Origin: Mycolicibacter algericus DSM 45454
Lineage (GTDB): Bacteria; Actinomycetota; Actinomycetes; Mycobacteriales; Mycobacteriaceae
DNA length: 32,000 bases
NCBI RefSeq assembly: GCF_002086455.1
Contig: NZ_MVHC01000005.1
Coordinates: 1-32,000 of the forward strand
Reading direction: 5' to 3'
How positions within the stretch are numbered: position 1 is the first letter of the stretch; each line of letters starts with the position of its first letter. The notes under the pieces were generated by a model that was given only the letters and a program-made list of their open reading frames with translations, did no database searches and was not told the DNA's origin. The position numbers were made by a program, and so were the translations under genes. Of the stretch, positions 7,171 through 14,125 are shown piece by piece.

Positions 7171-8151
7171 ATGAACGCGTTGGTAACCCGCGCCCGCACG
7201 GCACTGCGGTCCGGCGCCGGACCCGTCGCCGCCTCGGTGTTCGTCGTCGGGCTGGCCGGATCGACCGGGTGGGCCATCACCGTCGCCGTCCTGGCCGCGC
7301 TGGCCTTCGCCGGCTACGTCGCGGCGCCGTGGCTCGAGGAGCAACGGGGCACCGCCGCGCGGCGCCGCGAGGCGATCCGGGAACGCGCCGACCGGCAGCA
7401 CCGCTGGGCGCTGCGCGGCGACAACAGAGGCTTCTACGGCGCCGAAGGCGCGGAGTTGATGCGCCGCATCGCCGACGAACCGGACCCGGGCGAGATCGGC
7501 GACCCGGCCGACGTTGCCGCCGTGGCCTACACGGCCGACGGTCTGACCACGCTGCTGGCCGAACGGCCGGCCTGCTGGCGCTACGCGGTCTTCGTCTCGG
7601 TGCTGGTGCAGCGGTACGCGGTGTTACAACCGCGGCTACGCGACCAGCAGCTCGGCTACGCCCCACCCAAAGGCGCCCGCAGGTACAGCGGATTTGCGCT
7701 GGGGCAGTATCTGTTTGGTCTCCTCGAGCAGATGTCGGCGCTGCTGAGACAGATCGAGGACCTGATGCTCAGCCCGGCCTTCCGGCGGATGTTCGGAGAC
7801 CCCACCGACGAGCGCAGCGCCGATGCCGACGCCATCATGCACGCGGCGCACCGGCTGATGGACCTACACGAGCGGCTGCTGGAGTTGGCCGAAAGCTGCC
7901 GCAGCACAAATACCCCGGTGGAGTACGCCGACGTCGTGCGCGACTGCGCCCGCGTCTTCGACGTTCCGCTGGAGGGCTACCGCAGGTTCATCGACGAGTT
8001 CGTGGGCCGCGTCGCCGAACTGCGCGACGTGCTGCCCTATGCGCGCGGCACCATCGAGATGGACCCGGTCCTGCTGGAAATAGATGACAACGACGAACTT
8101 CTCGACAAGGCGTTCGCGGCAATCAGCAAGCTGGTACCCGGTGCTCGGTGA
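7171..8151 (+). CDS. N-terminally membrane-anchored hypothetical protein (326 aa; GTG 7141 is an alternative start)
   Basis: High-GC3 ORF. It has hydrophobic segments (VAASVFVVGLAGSTGWAITVAVLAALAFAGYVAA) followed by a charged helix and the motif AIRERADRQHRWALRGDNRGFYG. The remaining ~230 aa carry no recognisable motif. Confidence 0.72.
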   Translation: MNALVTRARTALRSGAGPVAASVFVVGLAGSTGWAITVAVLAALAFAGYVAAPWLEEQRGTAARRREAIRERADRQHRWALRGDNRGFYGAEGAELMRRIADEPDPGEIGDPADVAAVAYTADGLTTLLAERPACWRYAVFVSVLVQRYAVLQPRLRDQQLGYAPPKGARRYSGFALGQYLFGLLEQMSALLRQIEDLMLSPAFRRMFGDPTDERSADADAIMHAAHRLMDLHERLLELAESCRSTNTPVEYADVVRDCARVFDVPLEGYRRFIDEFVGRVAELRDVLPYARGTIEMDPVLLEIDDNDELLDKAFAAISKLVPGAR

Positions 8152-8169
8152 CCGCCCGCACGTAGCGTC

Positions 8170-8538
8170 TCAGGCCGTGGCTGCGCCGCCTTGCCTGTCG
8201 ATGACCTGCTGGATCAGCTCGGCGATGTGCTGTTGCCCTGCGGCGGTCAGGTCGAACTTGGCCCGAATCTCGGCGAAGCCGGTGGCCACGTCGCTGAAGC
8301 CGCCGGTCAGCTCCTGCCTCATATCGAGCATGTCTTCGCGCAGTGCGTTGAAACTGGTATTTGTGGCCTGGCGGAAGTCCCGGAGTTCGTCGCCAAGCTC
8401 CCCGACGTCGCGATCAGCCCCGCCGGCCAGCACGCGCGCTGCCGCCGCGTCCTGCTCGCTGGCCCGCACCCGGTCGCGCAGCTCGCGCACCTGCTCCTCG
8501 AGCGCGGCGACCCGCGGCTCCAGACCCTCGTCCTGCAT
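8170..8538 (-). CDS. Hypothetical coiled-coil protein (122 aa)
   Basis: I chose the start at ATG 8538 (MQDEGLEPRVAALEEQVRELRDRVRASEQD..). The sequence is heptad-like and charged. The upstream part of the ORF (to 8637) is Arg/Pro/Cys-rich and unlikely to be coding. Confidence 0.6.
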   Translation of the reverse strand: MQDEGLEPRVAALEEQVRELRDRVRASEQDAAAARVLAGGADRDVGELGDELRDFRQATNTSFNALREDMLDMRQELTGGFSDVATGFAEIRAKFDLTAAGQQHIAELIQQVIDRQGGAATA

Positions 8539-8662
8539 GCTCGCAGCGTACGCCAGTGGCCCAAGCCGGCAAGTCACCCGCGGGGACGTCGGGCACCACC
8601 GTCGTCGGCGTGGCGAATTCCCGAACAGCGGCCACATCGACCCTGATGGCCCGGGCCGCAGG

Positions 8663-10738
8663 TCAGTCGGCCCGGGCTGTCCCCAACGGATCCCCGTACT
8701 CGTCGTCCAGCTCCGACGGTGCGAGCCATCGGCTCAGAAAGCCGACCAGCTCCACCGGATCGGGCTCGTCGTCAAGCAGTGTGAGCAGCTCATCGCGCTC
8801 ATCGGGCTCAACCGGGTCAATTCCGCCGAAGAACGCGAAACCCTCGACGGTCGGCAGCACCCGCGAGCAGATCAGCTGCCCGGGATCCAGCGCGCGGCCC
8901 CGCTCGGTGACCTCGAGACTCTCGCCGGTGCGCACGTCGCGCACGGTGACGCTGTGGCCGGGGCGGGCCTGCTCGACTTCGAACACCGAGCGCGGCACCC
9001 CCAGCCATTGCTCGGCCAGCTGCCGTTCGTCCTCGGGCAGCAATTCACCACGTAACTGCAGGAATTCGGCGAACGCCCCGCCCTCGAACAGCACCGTGTC
9101 GATCGCCAGCGGGTCGGTCTTGGCCGCCGCCACCAGATCATCGATCTCATCCTCGACGTAGCGGATGCGTTCGTAACCGGCCAGCAGCAACAACTCGCCC
9201 CACTCGCCGCCGAGCACCTGTTGGTGGGCCTTGGCGTAGAGCCAGCGCACCCGCTCGGCCAGCGACAGCTGCTCATTGCCCAGGTGGCACTTCTTGTACT
9301 TGCGGCCCGACCCGCACCAGCACGGCTCGTTTCGGCCGACGTCGGTACGCGGCTGTGCCCGATGCTGTTCCAGCAGACGCACCAGCGGGTGATCGGCTCC
9401 GACGCCGGCGCGCCGCAGCAGCCCCAAACCCGCCTCGGCGTCGCCGCGGTCGGAGGCGATCCGGGCCAGCGTCAGCAACGTCAGTGGCCAGTCCGGGTCC
9501 AATGATTCGGCGGCCAACAGCTCGCGTTCGCACCCGGCGACATCGCCCAGCCCCTCGCACGCCATCGCCTGCAGCCAGTGCGTCGCCACCCGCGCCGAGC
9601 GCGGCACCTTGGACTGCAGCGACTCGGCGAGGATGCCCAGCGCGGCGGCACCCCGCCGGCCGGCGCTGGTCGCTTCCTCCATCAAGGACAGCGCCAGCAC
9701 CGGATTGGCCAGTGCCGCACCCAGTTCGCCGAGAACCTCCGCGTAGTGTCCGTCGGCGGGCTCGGTGTCGGCGGGGGCGTCGACGGTGGCCTCCTCCTCG
9801 TCTTCTGCGTCGATTGCGAGGTCGAGCACCTGCGCCATCTGAGCGTGCATCTCGACCAGCGTGGTCAGCACGAAGGCATCGTCGTCATCGAGGCCGTACT
9901 GGTCGGCCAGCCGCGCGCACTTGCGCTCGAAGCGCCACCGCTGGAAGTCGAAGCCGGCCGGTGCCAGCCAGCCGCCGCTGCGGGCCAGCCCGTGCTGGTC
10001 GGCGATCTCGCTGAGCGGGGCGGCCGGGGCGGTGAACAGTGCGGGGTCGGTCGCGCAGGCCGCCCACACCACCGAGGCGAAATGCGACGGGGATTCATCG
10101 GCGTCGAGCTGAGCCGCCAGCCGACCGCCGAGCGTCGGGTCGGTGGTCGCGGCGACCGGCTCCAAACCGATTCCCTTGTTGGTCAACCGCATTCCGAGCA
10201 GATCGCCGGCGGCCACCCCCAGGCCGGCCAGCGTGCCCGGGCTCAGCAGCAGGGCGCCGGGCTCGTCGACCAGCTCGAGCGGGATGCCGCGCTCCTCCAG
10301 CAGTTCGTCGTCGTAGCCGGGCACTACGACCGACACCGGGGAGCCGTCGGCGAGCTCGGCATAGTCGTCGTCGCACAGTTCGGTGATCGGGTCCAGGTCC
10401 GGGCCGGTCGCCAGCAAGTCATGGGTGAGCTCCTCGGCGGTGAGCCGGTGGGTGAAGACCCGCCCGGCCAGCAGTGCCGGCAACCACACCCACCGGCCGT
10501 CGGGCAGCGGGCGGGCCGGGCAGCTGAACTCATTGAGCAACTCGTCGATGACGGCGTCTGGGTCGGCGATCCCGGCCTCGTGCAGCCGGTCGGCGATGTC
10601 GTCCTTGGACGCCGGCCCGTGCTCGGTCAGGATCGCCGCAAGTGTCGGTACCGCGTCGGAGGGTTCGGTCACGGTTGACACCTTAAGGTCGGTGGGCCAG
10701 CGGCGCAGCCATCCGGATGTCGGAGTCCACTGAGACAA
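8663..10738 (-). CDS. SEC-C motif (zinc-knuckle) domain protein with an acidic linker and TPR-like helical region (up to 691 aa; start uncertain)
   Basis: NEPCWCGSGRKYKKCH lies at 9284-9331 and is the SEC-C CxC..CH motif. The ORF is long with high GC3. Candidate starts are TTG 10738, GTG 10681 and GTG 10672. Confidence 0.82.
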   Translation of the reverse strand: MSQWTPTSGWLRRWPTDLKVSTVTEPSDAVPTLAAILTEHGPASKDDIADRLHEAGIADPDAVIDELLNEFSCPARPLPDGRWVWLPALLAGRVFTHRLTAEELTHDLLATGPDLDPITELCDDDYAELADGSPVSVVVPGYDDELLEERGIPLELVDEPGALLLSPGTLAGLGVAAGDLLGMRLTNKGIGLEPVAATTDPTLGGRLAAQLDADESPSHFASVVWAACATDPALFTAPAAPLSEIADQHGLARSGGWLAPAGFDFQRWRFERKCARLADQYGLDDDDAFVLTTLVEMHAQMAQVLDLAIDAEDEEEATVDAPADTEPADGHYAEVLGELGAALANPVLALSLMEEATSAGRRGAAALGILAESLQSKVPRSARVATHWLQAMACEGLGDVAGCERELLAAESLDPDWPLTLLTLARIASDRGDAEAGLGLLRRAGVGADHPLVRLLEQHRAQPRTDVGRNEPCWCGSGRKYKKCHLGNEQLSLAERVRWLYAKAHQQVLGGEWGELLLLAGYERIRYVEDEIDDLVAAAKTDPLAIDTVLFEGGAFAEFLQLRGELLPEDERQLAEQWLGVPRSVFEVEQARPGHSVTVRDVRTGESLEVTERGRALDPGQLICSRVLPTVEGFAFFGGIDPVEPDERDELLTLLDDEPDPVELVGFLSRWLAPSELDDEYGDPLGTARAD

Positions 10739-10767
10739 TGGAACTACCAGGAGATTGGAGGGCCCCG

Positions 10768-11772
10768 ATGGCAGCGTCCACGGTGCACGGGTACGACATC
10801 ATCGGCGACGTCCACGGCTGCGCCGACCAATTGGAGGCGTTACTGGCCAAGCTCGGCTACGAAACCACCGGTGGTGCAGCGGAATACCGTCACCCGGATC
10901 GGCAAGTGGTGTTCGTCGGCGATTTGATCGACCGCGGCCCAGGGCAACTGCGGGTGCTGGCAGTAGCCAAGGCCATGGTCGACGCGGGCAGCGCCCAGAT
11001 CGTCATGGGCAACCACGAATTCAACGCGCTGGGCTACCACCACGAACATCCGGCGGGCAGCGGGAAATACCTGCGCCCACATGGTGGCTCGGACGGCCCG
11101 TGGTCGGGCAAGAACACCAAGCAGCACTGGGACTTTCTGGACCAGGTGACCGGCGAAGACCGGCGCCACTACCTGGAGTGGTTCGCCACCCTGCCGTTGT
11201 GGCTGGACCTGGGCGTGCTGCGCGTCGTGCACGCCTGCTGGCACCAGGAATCGATGGCAGCGGTTCAAGAGCACTGCAAAACCAACGCCCCCTTTGCCGA
11301 TGCGGGTCATCTGGTGGCGGCACACGACAAGGAGCACGCGCTCTACGACGCGATCGAGATCCTGCTCAAGGGCCCCGAGATCAGCCTGGTCGAGCGCGGC
11401 CAGCTCAAGTACAAGGACAAGGACGGCAACGACCGCGAGAAAGCCCGCATGCGCTGGTGGGACAGCGGCGCGCGCACCCTGCGCGACGTCGCGGTAATGA
11501 GCAGTAGCTACACCACCACGGAGGGAGAGCCTTACCCGCCGCTGCCGGAGCTGCCACTGCTGGACGGCACCGAGTCGTTCGTTTATACCGGCGACGTCCC
11601 GGTGTTCTACGGCCACTACTGGCGGCAGGGCTCGCCCGCGCTCGGTGAGGACTTCACCGAGCGCACCGCGTGCGTGGACTTCAGCGCCGTCAAAGACGAC
11701 GGGACGCTGACCGCCTACCGCTGGTCAGGGGAGCGCCGGATCCGGCCCGAGAACTACGTGCAGGTCGGGTGA
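10768..11772 (+). CDS. Calcineurin-like metallophosphoesterase, ApaH/PrpA (diadenosine tetraphosphatase / Ser-Thr phosphatase) type (334 aa)
   Basis: Three motifs occur in the canonical order: YDIIGDVHGC, VFVGDLIDRGP and VMGNHE. ATG 10768 is preceded by GGAGATTGGAGGG. The ORF extension back to 10717 is unlikely to be coding. Confidence 0.85.
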   Translation: MAASTVHGYDIIGDVHGCADQLEALLAKLGYETTGGAAEYRHPDRQVVFVGDLIDRGPGQLRVLAVAKAMVDAGSAQIVMGNHEFNALGYHHEHPAGSGKYLRPHGGSDGPWSGKNTKQHWDFLDQVTGEDRRHYLEWFATLPLWLDLGVLRVVHACWHQESMAAVQEHCKTNAPFADAGHLVAAHDKEHALYDAIEILLKGPEISLVERGQLKYKDKDGNDREKARMRWWDSGARTLRDVAVMSSSYTTTEGEPYPPLPELPLLDGTESFVYTGDVPVFYGHYWRQGSPALGEDFTERTACVDFSAVKDDGTLTAYRWSGERRIRPENYVQVG

Positions 11773-11777
11773 CGGGC

Positions 11778-11795
11778 GATAGCGCCGGCGCTATC
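11778..11795. terminator. Perfect 18-bp palindrome 6 nt after the phosphoesterase stop
   Basis: GATAGCGCC|GGCGCTATC. As RNA this would give a ~7-bp stem with a tetraloop. No U-tract follows, which is common in mycobacteria. Confidence 0.45.
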
Positions 11796-11844
11796 CGATT
11801 GGAAACTGCCCACACCGTTCGTCGAGGGCGGCCGGCGCAACACG

Positions 11845-11876
11845 CTGGTACCATCAAGACGGTAGGAAGGTACCAG
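11845..11876. promoter_or_regulatory. 8-bp inverted repeat bracketing the vapB ribosome-binding site (candidate TA operator or RBS-occluding hairpin)
   Basis: CTGGTACC (11845-11852) and GGTACCAG (11869-11876) are separated by 16 nt (atcaagacggtaggaa). The right arm ends 2 nt before ATG 11879. Confidence 0.4.
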
Positions 11877-11878
11877 TC

Positions 11879-12124
11879 ATGGCGTTGAACATCAAAGATC
11901 CGTCGGTTCATGAAGCGGTCAAAGAGATCGCCAGGATCACCGGTGAATCCCAGGCGCAGGCCGTCGCGGCCGCAGTGCGGGACCGGCTGGCTCGCCTGCA
12001 GGCGGATGACGTCACTGACCGGCTGCTTGCTATCGGTCGCCGGACCGCGGCTCGCATGAGCCCGGAGGCGAAGCGAGTCGACCATGGCGCGCTGCTTTAC
12101 GACGAGCGCGGCCTGCCCGCATGA
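11879..12124 (+). CDS. vapB: VapB antitoxin, Rv0623/VapB30-like (81 aa)
   Basis: [25 protein letters not shown]...YDERGLPA closely follows my memory of M. tuberculosis VapB30 (MALSIKHP...YDERGLPA). A 4-nt ATGA overlap links it to the downstream PIN gene. Confidence 0.85.
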   Translation: MALNIKDPSVHEAVKEIARITGESQAQAVAAAVRDRLARLQADDVTDRLLAIGRRTAARMSPEAKRVDHGALLYDERGLPA

Positions 12125-12519
12125 TCGCCGACACCTCGGCAATCATCGCGATCCTCCGAGATGAAGCGGACGCGGATCGCTATGCCCGGGCGATCGCCCG
12201 GGCGCAGACCCGTCGACTGTCCGCGGCGTCCTATCTCGAATGTGGGATCGTCTTGGACTCCCAGCGCGATCCGATCATCAGCAGAGCGTTGGATGAATTC
12301 CTCGACGAGGCCGGCTTTGTGGTCGAGCCGGTAACCGAGCGGCAGGCTCGGCTGGCCCGACAGGCCTACATCGACTTCGGGAAGGGCAGCGGGCATCCAG
12401 CGAGTTTGAACTTCGGGGACTGCCTCTCCTACGCCCTGGCGACTGACCTTCGTGAACCACTGCTGTGGAAGGGCGACGACTTCGGCCACACCGGAATTCA
12501 CTCCGCTGTCGACGAATAG
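12121..12519 (+). CDS. vapC: VapC PIN-domain ribonuclease toxin, VapC30-like (132 aa)
   Basis: [12 protein letters not shown].., SYLECGIVL and [20 protein letters not shown] show the PIN acidic-residue pattern and the VapC30-type C-terminus. Confidence 0.9.
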   Translation: MIADTSAIIAILRDEADADRYARAIARAQTRRLSAASYLECGIVLDSQRDPIISRALDEFLDEAGFVVEPVTERQARLARQAYIDFGKGSGHPASLNFGDCLSYALATDLREPLLWKGDDFGHTGIHSAVDE

Positions 12520-12539
12520 CCCGCTACCCTGAGGCACAC

Positions 12540-13847
12540 ATGACCCAGCCCGTACGCTATCGACCCGGCGACGCGCTGGCCGCGCTGCATCGGCGTCGCG
12601 GCCCGATCGTCGACGCCGGGATCGGCCGCCACGGCTACGTGTATGTGTTCGGCGCCGAGGCCAACAAGTTCGTCTTCGCCAACTCCGACGCCTTCAGCTG
12701 GTGGGACGCCTTCCAGGTGCTGGTGCCCGTCGACGGGCCCACCGCCCTGATCGTCAGCGACGGGGCCGATCACCGTCGCCGCCGCAGCCTGGTCCAACCG
12801 GCATTTCACCAGCGGCACGTCGGCGGCTACCTGCAGATCATGGCGGCCAACGCCGACGCCGTCATCGACAGCTGGCGACCCGGTGACACGATCGACATCT
12901 TCGCGCAGCTGCGCTCGGCGATCCGGCGCAGCGCCATCGAAGCACTGTTCGGCCAGGCGATGGCCGGCCACGCCGACTTCCTGGGCGAACAGTTGCAGCC
13001 GCTGATGGACCTTACCCACCGGCTGCCCCAGGTGCTCAAGGTCGAAGCCCGGCTGAAGACTCCGGCCTGGCGGCGTGCGATGGCCGCCCGGACCCGCGTC
13101 GACGAGCTGATCTACGCCGAGATCGCCCGCGCCCGAACCCATCCCAGCGTCGATGACAACGTGCTGGCCACCTTGATCACCGGCCGCACCGAGGCCGGCG
13201 AGGCGCTGCGCGACGACGAGATCCGCGACCAGATCGTCTCGCTGATCGCCGCCGGGTACGAAACCACCAGTGCGGCAATGGGATGGGCGGTCTACGCGCT
13301 GCTCAGCACCCCCGAGGTGTGGCAGACCGCCGCCGCCGAAGTCCGTGACGTCACCGGCGGCCGCGCCCCCGACGCCGGCGACCTGAAGAACCTGACCTAC
13401 CTCAACGGCGTCGTGCACGAGACGCTGCGGCTCTACCCGCCGGCGGTGATCTCCGCGCGCAAGGTCGCCCGCGAGCTGTCGTTTCACGGCCGGCGCATCC
13501 GCGCTGGGCGCACCCTGGTGTTCAGCCCGTACGTCACCCACCGGCTGCCGGAGCTGTGGGCCGATCCGCTGCGCTTCGAGCCGCGCCGCTGGGACCCCGC
13601 CTCCCCGGGGTATCGCCGGGCCGCCCCGTATGAGTTCCTGCCGTTCGGCGGTGGAACGCATCGCTGCATCGGGTCGAGTTTCGCCACCGCCGAGCTGACG
13701 GTGATGCTGGCGCGACTGCTGGCCAGAACCCGGCTGCACCCTCCTGACCAGCGCATACGCGCCGGGGGATACGCGGCCCTACAGCCCCGTCCGGGCCTGA
13801 CCGTGCAGGTCGGCGAGCCGCATAAAGTTTCGGCGCCTTTTCGGTGA
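12540..13847 (+). CDS. Cytochrome P450 (435 aa)
   Basis: Heme-ligand loop FGGGTHRCIGSSFA, I-helix AGYETTS and ExxR (HETLRL) are present. ATG 12540 follows a GAGG. It lies only 20 nt after the vapC stop. Confidence 0.9.
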   Translation: MTQPVRYRPGDALAALHRRRGPIVDAGIGRHGYVYVFGAEANKFVFANSDAFSWWDAFQVLVPVDGPTALIVSDGADHRRRRSLVQPAFHQRHVGGYLQIMAANADAVIDSWRPGDTIDIFAQLRSAIRRSAIEALFGQAMAGHADFLGEQLQPLMDLTHRLPQVLKVEARLKTPAWRRAMAARTRVDELIYAEIARARTHPSVDDNVLATLITGRTEAGEALRDDEIRDQIVSLIAAGYETTSAAMGWAVYALLSTPEVWQTAAAEVRDVTGGRAPDAGDLKNLTYLNGVVHETLRLYPPAVISARKVARELSFHGRRIRAGRTLVFSPYVTHRLPELWADPLRFEPRRWDPASPGYRRAAPYEFLPFGGGTHRCIGSSFATAELTVMLARLLARTRLHPPDQRIRAGGYAALQPRPGLTVQVGEPHKVSAPFR

Positions 13848-13870
13848 ATGCGACGGGACTGGCATTTTCC

Positions 13871-13930
13871 TTAGAGGTATGATGTGGTGTAGACCACGAT
13901 AAAAAATGGTTGTGATCTAAACCACAGGAG
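13871..13930 (+). promoter_or_regulatory. AT-rich promoter/operator-like leader with two GTGGT/ACCAC-type inverted repeats
   Basis: A TATGAT -10-like hexamer sits at 13878-13883. The first repeat is GTGGT(13884-88)-gtag-ACCAC(13893-97). An A6 tract follows. The second repeat is TGGTT(13907-11)-gtgatcta-AACCA(13920-24). GGAG lies at 13927-13930. This is the only strongly AT-rich stretch I noticed in the window. Confidence 0.45.
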
Positions 13931-14074
13931 ATGATGGCCATGACGACTTTCTTGAGCGGTCTGGGCGTCACCGCTGCCACTGCCACCGTTGGAGCCAGCC
14001 TCATGGGGCAAACGACGGTGGCGTTGTGCGTCGGTCTGGTATCGGCGGCATTCTTCGCCGGCCGGGTCTGCTGA
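13931..14074 (+). CDS. Candidate 47-codon hydrophobic micro-protein (MMAMTTFLSGLGVTAATATVGASLMGQTTVALCVGLVSAAFFAGRVC)
   Basis: It is below the ORF-track cutoff and was found by hand. GGAG lies immediately upstream, with ATGs at 13931, 13934 and 13940. GC3 is about 79%, there are two hydrophobic stretches, and the stop TGA is at 14072-14074. Confidence 0.35.
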   Translation: MMAMTTFLSGLGVTAATATVGASLMGQTTVALCVGLVSAAFFAGRVC

Positions 14075-14125
14075 TTCGCCCCAACCACAGCAGCCGTAGT
14101 CCCCGAACGTGGCACGCTCATCGGC

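Noticed and set aside
7269-8087. 272-aa alternative-frame ORF inside the 7171..8151 gene
   Set aside because: It is extremely Arg/Pro/Gly-rich (RRRPGRAGLRRLRRG..). The overlapping frame has normal composition, TM segments and higher GC3.
8084-10678. Plus-strand ORFs 8084..9055, 8361..9161, 9355..10014 and 9578..10678 opposite the coiled-coil and SEC-C genes
   Set aside because: They give low-complexity Ser/Arg/Pro/Ala-rich translations and overlap a motif-bearing minus-strand gene. They are antisense artefacts.
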